DNA of 63,257 bases, filler included, from Octopus bimaculoides (GCF_001194135.2; 11 parts of 9 records of this genome joined end to end with filler, not necessarily neighbours in it), one strand, 5' to 3'; numbered from the whole stretch's first letter, positions 38,545-51,419 are shown. Notes: a model not told the origin generated them from the letters alone. Numbers and translations are program-made.

Positions 38545-39560
38545 GCAAGAGAGAGAGAGGAGGCAAGAGAGAGAGAGGAGGCAAGAGAGAGTGAGAAAAT
38601 GTAGATTAAACTGGAGGAATGATTGAGGACAGAGATGGTGTGAGAGGGAGGATAAAGAGAAATAGAATGATAAAAATAGAAGGATAGACAAAACTGAGGA
38701 AGAAAGAATAAGGGAAAATGTAGGAGAATAATTTTGAAGGAAAAGTGTTTTGAAGAATGAAAGGAATAAAAAGAAAGAAAAAAATAAAATGGAAAGAAGG
38801 AAAAACTAAGAAAGAATTTGAAAAGAAGTGTTAGGAATAGAGTAAAAAGAAAAATGAAAGAAAAAATTAGAGAAAAGGCAGGGGGAAAGACAGAGAAGGA
38901 AAATGGAAGGAAAATGAAATCAGGAAGGAAGAATGAAGGATGAATGAAGAAGCAAAAAGAAACTGACGATTAAAAGGATGAACAAGAAAAAGACGAAAGA
39001 ATTTATTGAAAGAAAAAAAAAAAGAGACAGAGGGAGAAAAGTAAACAAAGTGAAAGAAAGATGGAATAATGAAGAAGAGACACTGGGGTAATGAAAGAGG
39101 TAGAAAGAAAAACAAAAAAAAAACAAGCAGTGAAACGAAGACTCGTAGAAGAAGATAAAGAAAGAGAAGAGAGAAAAAATTGGAGGATGAGGGTAAGAAC
39201 CAAAGAGAGGGGATGCAAAAAGAGGGACAAAGAAGTGCAAGAGAGGTGTAGAGATGTGAGTGGAAGAGAGAGAGAGAGAGGGAAAGAAATAAAGAGAGAG
39301 AGAGAGAGAGGGAAAGAAATAAAGAGAGAGAGAGAGAGGGAAAGAAATAAAGAGAGAGAGAGAGAGAGAGAGAGAGGGAAAGAAATAATGAGAGAGAGAA
39401 AAAGGAAGAATTTTAAAAATGTAAGTAAGAAGAAAGTGAAAGAAATGAAAGAGAAAAAGAGAAGAAAGATAAAGTGTTGAAAGAGGAGGAAGAGAGGAGA
39501 GAATGAGGGAGGGAGAGAGAGAGGAAGATAGAGAGAAAGAGATGGTATAAAAGAGAAGTG
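37850..39560 (+). repeat. ~1.7-kb polypurine (GA-rich) low-complexity tract
   Basis: Direct reading; includes (GAGAGAGAGAAT)n and GAGAGAGGGAAAGAAATAAA units. Similar tracts at 35460-36130 and 40440-40660. Confidence 0.95.
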
Positions 39561-39839
39561 TGCAGATATGTGCATAAATGTGCATATGCATGCACATGTG
39601 TGCCTGAATGTTCAGTGTACATATGTGCAATGAAGGTAGCAAGGAGTGGGGAACAAAGCAGAAGGGTTAAAGTTCAAGAACAAAAGCACAACACTGCTAT
39701 GGTATGCAGCAACATGCATTATAAAGAAGAGCAGGCACAGAAACTTGCATGCAAGTTTGCAAGTGAAGGCAGTGCAGCAGATAAAACATTGGCCAAATGG
39801 ATAGAGAGAAAAGTTGCAAGCACGAAAACGGAGGAGAAT

Positions 39840-40330
39840 TGAGACACAACTTGCAACAACACCCAATACCCAAATCACAACAAAAACAACAGCAGCAGCA
39901 GCAGCAACAACAACGAATACAACAACAACAGCTACAACAACAACAACCACAACAACAGCAGCAGCAGCAGCAACAACAACAACAACAACAACGACTGCAG
40001 CAGCAACAACAACAACCTCAAATTTTGCAAACACCACACCAACCACAGCTACAACTGCACTCACAACAACTGCATTCACAACTGGAATTGCAACAATCAG
40101 TGCACATGCAGCTATATCTGCCACACCCAACACCACAACATGCACCAGTGATATCAAAACAATGACAGTAAAAACAACAACAGAATCAACAGCTACTAAG
40201 AGAGAAAAAACATTTATACAACTTATAAACATCTTTATATTATTAAACGCATCATCAATAACAACAACCGCAACAAACTGGAACTTCAGTGACAACAACA
40301 CTTGCATTACAAAACAACAATAAGTATAGC
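39840..40330 (+). repeat. Degenerate (CAA/CAG)n tract
   Basis: Source of the poly-Q, poly-T/A and poly-V ORFs. Confidence 0.9.
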
Positions 40331-40758
40331 ATAAGCAACAATAAGTATAACATAGACAACAATAACAAAGCCAGACAGACATATCAAAAACTGAACATTC
40401 AAATGACAATAGTGTGACTTTAAACAAAAAGACCAGGTAGTGTGGGGTGGTATTGAAGAATAAGTAGTAGCAGAAGTATTAGAGTAAAAAGAAAATGAAA
40501 TAGAAAAAAAGAGAGACAAGGAAAAACAAGAGTAGCAAAAGAAGAAGGAAAAGGAGAAAAAAGAAGAGGAAGAGAGGGACGAGAAGAGGGAGAAGGAAAC
40601 GGGGGAAGAAGAAGAAGAAGAAACACAGAAGAAAGAGAAGAAAGAAAGGAGAAAAGACNNNNNNNNNNNNNNNNNNNNNNNNNNNNNNNNNNNNNNNNNN
40701 NNNNNNNNNNNNNNNNNNNNNNNNNNNNNNNNNNNNNNNNNNNNNNNNNNNNNNNNNN

Positions 40759-40791
<33 letters not shown>

Positions 40792-42058
40792 AATGTAAAA
40801 ATATACATATATATATATACATACATATATATATATCATTGTCATTGAACATCCGATTTCCAAGCTGGCATGGGTTGGACGGTTTGACTGAAGACTGGTG
40901 AACCAGAAGGCTGCACCAGGCTCAATCTCATTTGGCAAAGTTTCCATAGATGAATGCCCTACCTAACGCCAACCACTCCGAGAGTGGTCAAATAAAATAT
41001 TTATATGTATATGCATATATATGTAGATATTGACATATATACATTAATATATATATACATATATATATAAATATATATNNNNNNNNNNNNNNNNNNNNNN
41101 NNNNNNNNNNNNNNNNNNNNNNTTAATTAATTAANNNNNNNNNNNNNNNNNNNNNNNNNNNNNNNNNNNNNNNNNNNNTGTTCATTATGTATGTATGTAT
41201 GTATGTATGTGGTTGGGAAGCAACACCCTTTACTAAGTCAATTTCTTCTTTAAAAACCCTTCTTAAGTTCGCTTCGATTTTTGTGTGAAAAACTGAAGTA
41301 AAATTTGATGATTGACGGTCTCAAGAAAGAACATTAGTGCACAGGATTACTCGGAATAATCGCGTCGATGGGGTGCTCCAGCATGACCGTAATGAAAAGA
41401 GTGAAACAAGTAAACGATGCACGATAAATCCTATTTTCTAGTTAGGCAGGACACATTACACAAACACACGCACTCACACACACACACACGCATACACATA
41501 CACAGGCACTCACATGAACATACACACACTCTCACATATATACACGTGCTCACACACACAGACATATACACACATACATACATACTCACACATACACACG
41601 CACACACACACTCACATATGCAGGCGCACTTACATGCAGACGCACGTGCATACCCATACACACCACATACACACACATACACTCACGCATACACACGCAC
41701 GCACACACACTCACAGACACGCACACTTACGCACACACGCACACACACACACACGCACATACACACACAGACACACACACACACAGAGACACAGACACAC
41801 ACACACACACGCACACACACACATCCATATCTGTGACTTGTGTTTGTCTCTAATCACCGCTTCATATTCAATCTTGGCAATGCTTCGGTCATCGTAACAT
41901 AGCAATTCGACAAAATAGGAACGAAAGAATGAGCAGCAGTCCAAAGAGAGATAAGTACTGCCATCGATGAGTGCGAGTAAACACGTCGATGTGGTGCTCC
42001 AGCTTGGCAGTTGTCCAAGTTTTGAAACAAGCAAACGACGATTAATAGAATCTACTTT

Positions 42059-42098
42059 ATAGTGGGTTAGATGTGGAATTTAACTTCTTACCCACTAT
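42059..42098 (+). other. Hairpin A: 13-bp stem (cut by gap), loop TGTGGAATTTAACT
   Basis: ATAGTGGGTTAGA-loop-TCTTACCCACTAT, one mismatch. Confidence 0.85.
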
Positions 42099-42457
42099 NN
42101 NNNNNNNNNNNNNNNNNNNNNNNNNNNNNNNNNNNNNNNNNNNNNNNNNNNNNNNNNNNNNNNNNNNNNNNNNNNNNNNNNNNNNNNNNNNNNNNNNNNN
42201 NNNNNNNNNNNNNNNNNNNNNNNNNNNNNNNNNNNNNNNNNNNNNNNNNNNNNNNNNNNNNNNNNNNNNNNNNNNNNNNNNNNNNNNNNNNNNNNNNNNN
42301 NNNNNNNNNNNNNNNNNNNNNNNNNNNNNNNNNNNNNNNNNNNNNNNNNNNNNNNNNNNNNNNNNNNNNNNNNNNNNNNNNNNNNNNNNNNNNNNCGTGT
42401 GTGTGTGTGTGTCTCTGTGTGTGTGTGTGTCTGTGTGTGTATGTGCGTGTGTGTGTG

Positions 42458-42532
42458 AGTATGCCAACGCCAGCTCTTGACTTTCGAAGTTAAATTCCAC
42501 ATCGAAAGTACAAGAGCTGGCATTGGCATACT
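42458..42532 (-). ncRNA. Hairpin B: pre-miRNA-like, ~30-bp stem, loop TGTGGAATTTAACT
   Basis: Minus strand AGTATGCCAATGCCAGCTCTTGTACTTTCGA-loop-TCGAAAGTCAAGAGCTGGCGTTGGCATACT; one G-U, one bulge, apical UGUG. The hairpin is seen; the miRNA call is inference. Confidence 0.35.
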
Positions 42533-42645
42533 TCAAGGGAGATAACTCTCAATAAAACCGCAAATACTTGTGAGTATCCTCCCTTAACACTAGTAAGTGT
42601 GGTGTCATTTTATACAATGCAGACGTTCTGTGTGCATGAGAGTGT

Positions 42646-42713
<68 letters not shown>

Positions 42714-42877
42714 TACATACAGACAGACAGACAGACAGACAGACAGTGACAGACAGACAGTTACAGAGAGACAGAGTGGAACAGGTAGGTAGAAAGACAG
42801 ATGGATAGAAGGAGAAGAGAGAGAAACGGAATTGTAATAATATTCAGGTGAAAGTCGGTGGGTGAAAGACACACATA

Positions 42878-43650
42878 TACTGGATCAGCCCATAAATAAT
42901 GCGGTTATTTTGTACTTGTTTTATTTTGCAAAATTAAGATTAGCAAAGTTCTTTTTTAATCTCAAATATACATTCCTTCATTTTCTGCTATGTTCTTCCA
43001 TCTATTTGGTAGACTTGCAAGGTCCCTCGTCCAAAATCTACTTGTCCTTAACGAAAAAATCTCTTCCAGTACTCTTCTGACCTTGTCTATAGAATTCATA
43101 TTCTTTCCGTCCAAATGATTTTGAATAAATGACAATCAGATGGGGCAATGTGAAGCGAAAATGGTGGGTGGGGCATCGTTTCTCATTCAAACTACTCCAG
43201 TCTTTGGAATGTCAACCTCACCGAATGTGATTGAGCATTATCCTGATGGACGAACACCTTTCATCATGAAACCACAGATGGTCATCTTTCCGATGGCATG
43301 CAAGTGTTGATGAATGGTTGAATGAACAAATCCAAGCTTTTCTGCTATTTCCTCAACAGTTACGATGGGATTTTGTTCCACCAGTGTTTGCAGGACGTCC
43401 TCATCAGGCTCTACAGATCTTCCTGGACGAGGTTCGTCTTCTTGGCTATAGTTTCCTGCTCGGAATTTCTGGAGCCACCATTGACACTAGCTTACGCTTA
43501 TTGTCCAATCACCCTATACTGCATTAATATTCCTTGCACTTCCATTGCGCTGTTACCTTTATTGAAGTCATAAAGCAAAATATGCCAAATATGCTCCTTT
43601 GTCACTTCCTTTAAAACTTTGAAAAAATAGCTGATTAAATCGAAACGCAC
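42878..43650 (-). mobile_element. Internally deleted mariner transposon
   Basis: N-terminal HTH (WWLQKFRAGNYSQEDEPRPGRS..EDVLQTLVEQNPIVTVEEIAEKLG) joined to catalytic remnants (HQDNAQSH, PHPPFS..IAPSDCHLF). TA + CTGGATCAGCCCATAAATAATGCG end. Confidence 0.85.
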
Positions 43651-43809
43651 AATTCAGACCTTGCGCAAGAATCAGGCAGAGGTAAAAATACTACCTACTT
43701 TTANNNNNNNNNNNNNNNNNNNNNNNNNNNNNNNNNNNNNNNNNNNNTTAATTAATTAANNNNNNNNNNNNNNNNNNNNNNNNNNNNNNNNNNNNNNNNN
43801 NNNCACACA

Positions 43810-44038
43810 CGAGTGATAGTGCCGAAAAATTCCTGGCTTTAAGGGTGTCGCGAAAGGCCTTGTTGGAAGGCCTTGTTGGAAGTCTAATCCTCCAAGTTCT
43901 TTTACAAGGCTTAGAAAAACTGAAGGACTGCTGCAATGAGCGTGTGAATCTGAGAGAGAAACATGTTGAATAAAATCATAATTAAGTGATCCTCTATTTT
44001 CTTTAAAACAAAACCAGGAACTTTTTAGCACCCACTCG
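43810..44038 (+). mobile_element. Mariner-derived MITE
   Basis: Imperfect TIRs CGAGTGATAGTGCCGAAAAATTCCTGG / CCAGGAACTTTTTAGCACCCACTCG. Interior encodes a transposase-end remnant GLEKLKDCCNERVNLREKHVE*. Confidence 0.8.
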
Positions 44039-44091
44039 CATATAAGCTACACACACATACACACACACACATACATACACACACGCACACA

Positions 44092-44313
44092 CGAGTGATA
44101 GTGCCGAAAAATTCCTAGCTTTAAGGGTGTCGCCAAAGGCCTTGCTGGAAGTCCAATCCTCCAAGTTCTTTTACAAGGCTTAGAAAGACTGAAGGACTGC
44201 TGCAATGAGCGTGTGAATCTGAGAGGGGAATATGTTGAGTAAAATCACAACTGATCTTCCTCAATATTCTTTTACTCGAAGCCAGGAACCTTTCAGCACC
44301 CTCCCCACCCTCG
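44092..44313 (+). mobile_element. Second tandem mariner-derived MITE
   Basis: Similar but not identical to 43810-44038; interior GLERLKDCCNERVNLRGEYVE*. Confidence 0.8.
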
Positions 44314-45989
44314 TATCTTTGTGCGTATTCTTTTATTCTTTTATTTGTTTCACTCATTTGACTACGGCCATGCTGGGGTACCGACTATGGTCGCACAAAT
44401 CGACCCCAGGAATTCTCAGGGAAGGGCCGGTGTGCACTATCTGTATATCGAGTCCTTCTCTGCGGACTGCGTGTTGTACCACTGCAGTAGTTCTGTCTTT
44501 GTAAGTCTAATATTTTATTCTATCGGTGTCTTTTGCCGAACCGCTAAGTTACGGGGACGCAAACACACCAGCATCGATTGTCAAGCGATGTTGAGGGGAC
44601 AAACAGAGACACACATACATATTTCTCTTTTACTCTTTTACTCTTTCATCTGTTTCAGTCATTTGACTGCGGTCATGCTGGAGCACCGCCTTTAGCCGAA
44701 CAATCGATCCCAGTACTTATTTTTTGTAAACCTAGTACTTATTTTATCGGTTTATTCTGCCGAATTGCTAAGCTACGGGGACGCANNNNNNNNNNNNNNN
44801 NNNNNNNNNNNNNNNNNNNNNNNNNNNNNNNNNNNNNNNNNNNNNNNNNNNNNNNNNNNNNNNNNNNNNNNNNNNNNNNNNNNNNNNNNNNNNNNNNNNN
44901 NNNNNNNNNNNNNNNNNNNNNNNNNNNNNNNNNNNNNNNNNNNNNNNNNNNNNNNNNNNNNNNNNNNNNNNNNNNNNNNNNNNNNNNNNNNNNNNNNNTT
45001 TATTCTATCGGTGTCTTTTGCCGAACCGCTAAGTTACGGGGACGCAAACACACCAGCATCGATTGTCAAGCGATGTTGAGGGGACAAACAGAGACACACA
45101 TACATATTTCTCTTTTACTCTTTTACTCTTTCATCTGTTTCAGTCATTTGACTGCGGTCATGCTGGAGCACCGCCTTTAGCCGAACAATCGATCCCAGTA
45201 CTTAACTTATCACTGGTACTTAATTCACCAGTACTAAATTTATTCACTGGTACTTAATTTATGGACCCCCGAAAAGATGAAAGGCAAAGTCGACCTCGGA
45301 GGAATTTGAACTCAGAACGTAATGCATTTCGCCCGGCGTGCATACGATCCTGCCAGCTCGTCGCCTTGGAGAACGCTTTAATAATAATGAGACCGTTTAT
45401 TGAGGCAATCGTAACGTGAAAAGACATTTCAAGCGTTTCCAAACCAAAATAGCAATTCACATATCATTTTTGTAAAGGTATTAAACTTTTCGTCACACAA
45501 ACATGACCTGCTCACTGACACAGTTTCACTGCAACTATCTGAAACTTAATTAAAAGTTAGTTCTTACAGCCTCGTTCTTTCTTTCAAGTTGAACTTGCAG
45601 ATATAAAACTCTGTTGTATTCATATTGATTAACTTTTAAACTCTACTCATCGGTTATCGATAGGTCATCGTTTAACACTTCCCGCTTCTATTCTTTTGTC
45701 TGTTTACAACTTTATAAATATCTGCATCATCTTTTCACTCTTCTTAAACGTTAGCTTTGAATTAATGCATACGAGACTCGCTATGAATAAACATAAGTTA
45801 TTCTTGCACATATCTCTTTTGAGCCACAAGCCTTATAGAAAAATGGGTTCCTGCTATGTAAACTGAATTTTATTATAAACGTGTTGATAAAAAAAAACAT
45901 GGTAGAGGAACAGATGCTAATCGAGAAATAATGTCGATAAAATTATATGTACCACTTTAAAAATCTATGAGTGTATATGCATACGCTTA

Positions 45990-46039
<50 letters not shown>

Positions 46040-46529
46040 TATATACATATATATACGACGGGCTTCTTTCAGTTTCCGCCTACCAGTCCACTCGCAAGGC
46101 TTTGGTCNNNNNNNNNNNNNNNNNNNNNNNNNNNNNNNNNNNNNNNNNNNNTTAATTAATTAANNNNNNNNNNNNNNNNNNNNNNNNNNNNNNNNNNNNN
46201 NNNNNNNTATATATATAAATATATATATATATGTGTGTGTGTGTATGTATGTATGTATGTATGTATATGTCTATATCTATTTATATATACTTGTATACGA
46301 GCAAATTCATTGCTAGAAAGAATCATTGAAATGAATCAATGATGAAACAATGTGAGGCCCTTGTATGACTCTTGAGCCCGTCCAAAGAGTTGCACATTCT
46401 ATCATTCTATTGCATAATGCACAGCAGTGCTGCCTGGCACAAGGAACAGGTGCCATAGTTATGAATTCTTTTGTCATGCCTTTCCAATCCTTCAACTGAA
46501 AGGCATATTCTATTGTGAACAATACCCGT

Positions 46530-46855
46530 ATCTCAATTTACAAGGAGTAGATCTTTGTGAATTCTCTGATGGCTGACCAGGTCTGCATGACTCAAGCATT
46601 TCCTCTCGCAAATCACACGTAGAAGAAGTAACACTCCCTCATTTTCCACTGCTTCATTCTTTCTAAGCCTTCTCTTGATCTTCTCGTACTTCATTCTCTC
46701 TCTTTCAAACTTCGAACAATTATTGTGCACCCTTTTCCACCATCCATTTCGGTCTTATGCCTCTCTCTTCCAATCAACAACTGAAACTCCTATTTGTGTC
46801 AGAGCAATTCTGAAGCAGTCCTTGAACCTCATTTTGGGTTTATGTGTTTCTATGT
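46530..46855 (-). mobile_element. RTE LINE extreme 3' coding end with C2H2-like finger
   Basis: KPKMRFKDCFRIAL..DWKREA*DRNGWWKRV..VICERKCLSHADLVSHQRIH. Confidence 0.8.
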
Positions 46856-46869
46856 AAGTGTGTCTGTGT

Positions 46870-46981
<112 letters not shown>

Positions 46982-48040
46982 GGAGAATGAATCCAACACT
47001 AGTTTATAAAACGGAAAACAAGACCATATGAATACATGCGTATGCGTGCGTGTGCGTGCGTGTGCGTGCGTGTGCGTGCGTGTGCGTGCGTGTGCGTGCG
47101 TGTGCGTGCGTGTGCGTGTGTGTGCATGCATTTATATACATAATTTTAGTTAATTTTATTCGGTACCCAAAAATGAGAGATAACTCAGCGATTCCCGAGA
47201 GCTTTCACTCTTGCATTCCCACACAAATTAGTACCAAAGCAGGACTTGATGTTACAGCGGCTGAATCAAATACCCGCCTTGAATTATTAGGTACTGGCTT
47301 AAAAGTCGCACTCCGTGCGGACTTTTGAGCAAGTCCCTGCGGAGGATTAATTGGGCCTGCTGCCCAAAACTAAAGAAAGCTAAAAAGCATGATTATAATA
47401 CTTCTATAATGATTGTATGCCCCGGTGATGTTTGATCGGAGGTTAAAGACAGATGCGAATTAATTCTGTAATGCAATCATACTATTGTTCCAGTCCCAGC
47501 TTGAATTCCAACTGTTGGCCTATTTGTCCCAAAGTTTTTTATCTCGGCGTAAAATTAACGAAGCGAATGTCATTTATCTCCCCCTTGATCTCCGACGTCA
47601 TCAGATGGCATGAATCTGTCAAGCTTCTTACCTGCTAGAAATAGCAACTTAAATGCTTGTAAATTAGATCCCAATGCTGGATGTTCAAAAACCAAATGAA
47701 GGGTAGATTTTCAATCCCGGGATTACGCTGATTCCAAAAAAGAATATCATGTCTATGAAGAGCAAATGTAGAATGAGATACAGGGGTCCCTGACGGACAG
47801 GCAGAGTTTCCCTTTTATTATTATAAATAGTAAACTCGCCGAATTTAAACCTTGGAATGAGTAATTACGAAGTCTAAATTCTCAAACTATAACTGCTACA
47901 AGTGGATATGCCATTGTCCCATATATGTTGTATAAGGTCATGTATGTATGTGAATGTTCTTCTCTTTCTCTTTTTAATTTAGAACAAATTTGGACCAGCC
48001 TTCTACTTGATAGCAAGGTTATGAAGGAAGGTATCTTGTT

Positions 48041-48307
48041 TTAACCATCACCCTTGCAAACATTTATAATCTCATATATCGTGATCATTTGCAGCATAAG
48101 AATTAAGGATTTACATTCTCTCCCCAAGATCCCAAGTTCAGCCATACTTTGCTCCAGACTGTTTTGTATGTAGCCTGTTATAGGTATGTAGCTGAAAGTG
48201 TATCTTGGGTACTGGATTTGTAAACTCCTTATCAATGCTCCATAGATGTTCTCTTTCTCTTGTATTTTCCTAACCCCATTGAGCTCCAAAGGGCAGCTGA
48301 TTCCCAC
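48041..48307 (-). mobile_element. Restriction-like endonuclease C-terminus of an RLE-type non-LTR element
   Basis: ISCPLELN..KIQEKENIYGALIRSLQIQYPRYTFSYIPI..LEQSMAELGI. Confidence 0.6.
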
Positions 48308-48589
48308 AACAGAACATTTATTTCTTTATGCATGTATGCATGTATGTATGTATGTATGTATGTATGTATGTATGTATGTATGTATGCATGCATGCATGTA
48401 TGTATGTATGTATGTATGTATGCATGCATGCATGTATGTATATAGGTGTGAGGTAAGGAGTTCCGCTGCGTAGCATTTTGGACAAGTGTCTTCTAATATA
48501 CTCCCGGACCGACCAAAGCCTTGTGAGTAGGTTTAGCTGACGGAAAGTGAAAGAAGCCTGGCATTTATATGCGTGCATGCGTTTGTACA

Positions 48590-48910
48590 TGCATTTACGC
48601 CGATAGCGTTCCTCCTCTGCAAGCTCAGCGTAAAACAGCTGTTTCGGCATGCGTTCATCCACCATTCGAACAATATGGTCAGATCATCTCATTTGGTTCC
48701 TCAAAACCATAGCTTTACTTGAGGTGATGTCTGCAGATGCAAGGACATCTGTGTTTGGAGTAAAAGAACTCCATTTATTGTTTAAAATGCGACGAAAGCA
48801 TTTTCGGTGGAATTGTTTTAACAATTTAAAATGCCTTTCATAACAAGTCCATGTTTCACAAGAATACAACAGGGAAAGTAACACAAATGATTTGTAAAGA
48901 GCCAAGGTTT
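48590..48910 (-). mobile_element. RTE LINE post-RT fragment
   Basis: LYKSFVLLSLLYSCETWT..FHRKCFRRILN..QMR*SDHIVRMVDERMPKQLFYAEL. Confidence 0.85.
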
Positions 48911-49443
48911 GTACTCATATGTTAAGGAGGTATATGGCTCCAAATCTTCTGCAATAGCTCCAGTGAGAACAGCAAATGGACGTTTGCTTCTGACTGACAC
49001 CGCTTCTATTCACTTTTGAATAGAACATCATCCACTGACATGAGGACTACAAAAAATTGAACACCTTTGAGTTATAGAAGAGATGGCATTTGAACCAACT
49101 CTACCCCCACCTATTGGCCCAAGAAGACTTTCGCCGGTATGACAAAATTGACAAAGCCAGGAAGTTCCAAAGCACCAAACGCGTGACTCCAAGCCGCAAG
49201 TGCTTTTGCTGCCCTTTGAATATACGTACATACATACATACATACATACAAACATACATACATATATGCATGCATATAAGAGCACTATTTTCCGCTTTCT
49301 ATGCTAACAAGATCACGATTAATCGTCACGATGCTACTCCTTTCTTATTGGGAGCCCCTGGTCTCATAGATAAGTTTTTGTTGCTGTGATTTGGCTTGGT
49401 TTCTTTTGGTTGAATGATCTCCATATTGTCAAACACTTTACAC

Positions 49444-49483
<40 letters not shown>

Positions 49484-49603
49484 GTATGTATGTATATATG
49501 CATGTATGTATATATATATATGTATATGTATATGCATATATATACACACACACATATATGTATGTATATATGTATGTATGTATGTATGTATATNNNNNNN
49601 NNN

Positions 49604-49645
<42 letters not shown>

Positions 49646-49735
49646 CACACACTAATATATATGTATATATACACACGAACACATACACACACATGCACAC
49701 AAACACACTCATATATGTAATACACGAGGTAGAAT

Positions 49736-49771
<36 letters not shown>

Positions 49772-49956
49772 TTTCGCCAAGCAATGTAAGCTGCTTCGTA
49801 TATTCTATTCAATAAGGATGCGCTAACATCAAAAACATCGTGCTATATATATANNNNNNNNNNNNNNNNNNNNNNNNNNNNNNNNNNNNNNNNNNNNTTA
49901 ATTAATTAANNNNNNNNNNNNNNNNNNNNNNNNNNNNNNNNNNNNNNNNNNNNATA

Positions 49957-50275
49957 TACGAGGGTGAGTCAAAAAAGTAATGCCATTTTGTTTAGGACAG
50001 GTATAATTACCAACTCAGGAACATGTATCATACATCAAAATGAAGCTGGTCCTCTGTGGATCACATCCCTACTTCTCAACATAGTCACTGTTTCTCTCAA
50101 TAGCAATGTTCCACCTTCAAATGAGAGCATGTATCCCTGCCCCGTAAAATTCTGTTGACTGTTCTTTGAGCCACTTCTTCACTACAGTTTTCACTTCCTC
50201 CTCACTGAAATAATGTTTGCCTCTCAAACCCTCTTTCGTAGGGCCGAAGAGATGATAGTCTGAAGGTGCCATATT
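49957..50275 (-). mobile_element. Mariner 3' fragment with TIR
   Basis: APSDYHLFGPTKEGLRGKHY..KWLKEQSTEFY..DYVEK*; TA + CGAGGGTGAGTCAAAAAAGT. Confidence 0.85.
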
Positions 50276-50394
50276 ATATGAACGTGTATATATATAAATA
50301 TATAAATATACACACATCCAGTGAGAGATATATATCACTTAATACAATGCTCCACAACCTATTTCCACTCGTGATACACTTACATTCTTTCCAA

Positions 50395-50530
50395 AATTTG
50401 GCGGCACCCCCAGACTAAAAATATAATTAAAAGTATAGAGAAAAAATTATATTCAGGTTACACTGTGGCACACCTAGCATGGTCTCATGGCACACCACTG
50501 TGCCACAGCATACCAGTTGCAGGGCACTGA
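50395..50530 (+). mobile_element. Probable hAT-type MITE end
   Basis: GGCACACCACTGTGCCACAGCATACCAGTTGCAGGGCACTG resembles subterminal/terminal motifs of hAT MITEs (recall). Confidence 0.45.
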
Positions 50531-50590
50531 TTTTAATATAAACAATTTACAAAATAACTACATATAGTTTCATGCTTTAGAGATACAATA

Positions 50591-50700
50591 AATTGGCTGG
50601 TTTATATAACATGCCATGTGTCTCTAAGCACTCCTACAGTATTGACTGAGGCTGAAAGATTGTTTGGAAACACATGGCATGTTGTATAAATCTGCTAATT
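50591..50700. repeat. Hairpin: 40-bp arms (33/40), 30-nt loop
   Basis: 50591-50630 is the reverse complement of 50661-50700. Confidence 0.85.
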
Positions 50701-50846
50701 TATTGTATCACTAAAGCATGAAACTGTTAGTAGCACTTTGTAAATTATGAATATTGAATGATATATAAATTGTGGCTGTGGGTTAAGTAGCTTCCTTACC
50801 GACCACAAAGTTCCAGGTTCAGTCCCACTGCGTGGTACTTTGGGCA

Positions 50847-51419
50847 CCTGAAATTCATCCACATAAACTTTTTCTGAAGGTAGGAGTCCCAATAATGCTT
50901 CTAAGAAATTTAGACCCTCCTAAATTATGCAATAGGACAAGGTTGATTGTGAAGACATTATCACCTAACGAGACAGAAGCTACCATCATCACTGGATGTG
51001 CCTCTGGGGAAGAGGTTTTCATTCCAAGAATTCCAATCAAACCAACAGACATGACCTTTGAGTTCAAACGAACACAATTCCCAGTGCGATATTCCTTTGC
51101 AATGTCTATTAATACAGTTCAAAGTCATTCTTTGAAATCTACCGGCTTGATTTTCTCATGGTCGACTTTGTTGGTTGCTCCAGGGTAGGTAGTTTGCAAG
51201 ATTTATTTGTCTATGCTCCAAACCAGAAAACAAAGAATGTTGTTTACCCAGAAGCTCTTACATAATTTCCTTCAACGTATGTGGCAGAATTTATCTCCTT
51301 TCATGAAAGTGGTAAGTTTTGTATTTTTGTTTATTGTTATTATTATTTTTTTTTATTGTTATTCTTCCAATATGTAAAGAAAAATTTAATTCTGAGGCAA
51401 CACCAGGTGCCTCTGCAAG
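50847..51419 (+). mobile_element. 5'-truncated Helitron (PIF1-like helicase C-terminus + 3' end)
   Basis: PHKLFLKVGVPIMLLRNLDPPKLCNRTRLIVK..VFIPRIP..FKRTQFPVRYSFAMSIN..SRVG..KTKNVVYPEAL*. Decayed terminal hairpin/CAAG|T. Fused to a SINE head at its 5' side. Confidence 0.9.

Noticed and set aside
39814-40323. Thr-rich mucin-like ORF
   Set aside because: Built on degenerate (ACA/GCA)n; opposite strand to the SEA-like gene; no convincing splice signals.
44515-45200. Identical ~200-bp SINE segments either side of a gap
   Set aside because: Likely assembly echo.
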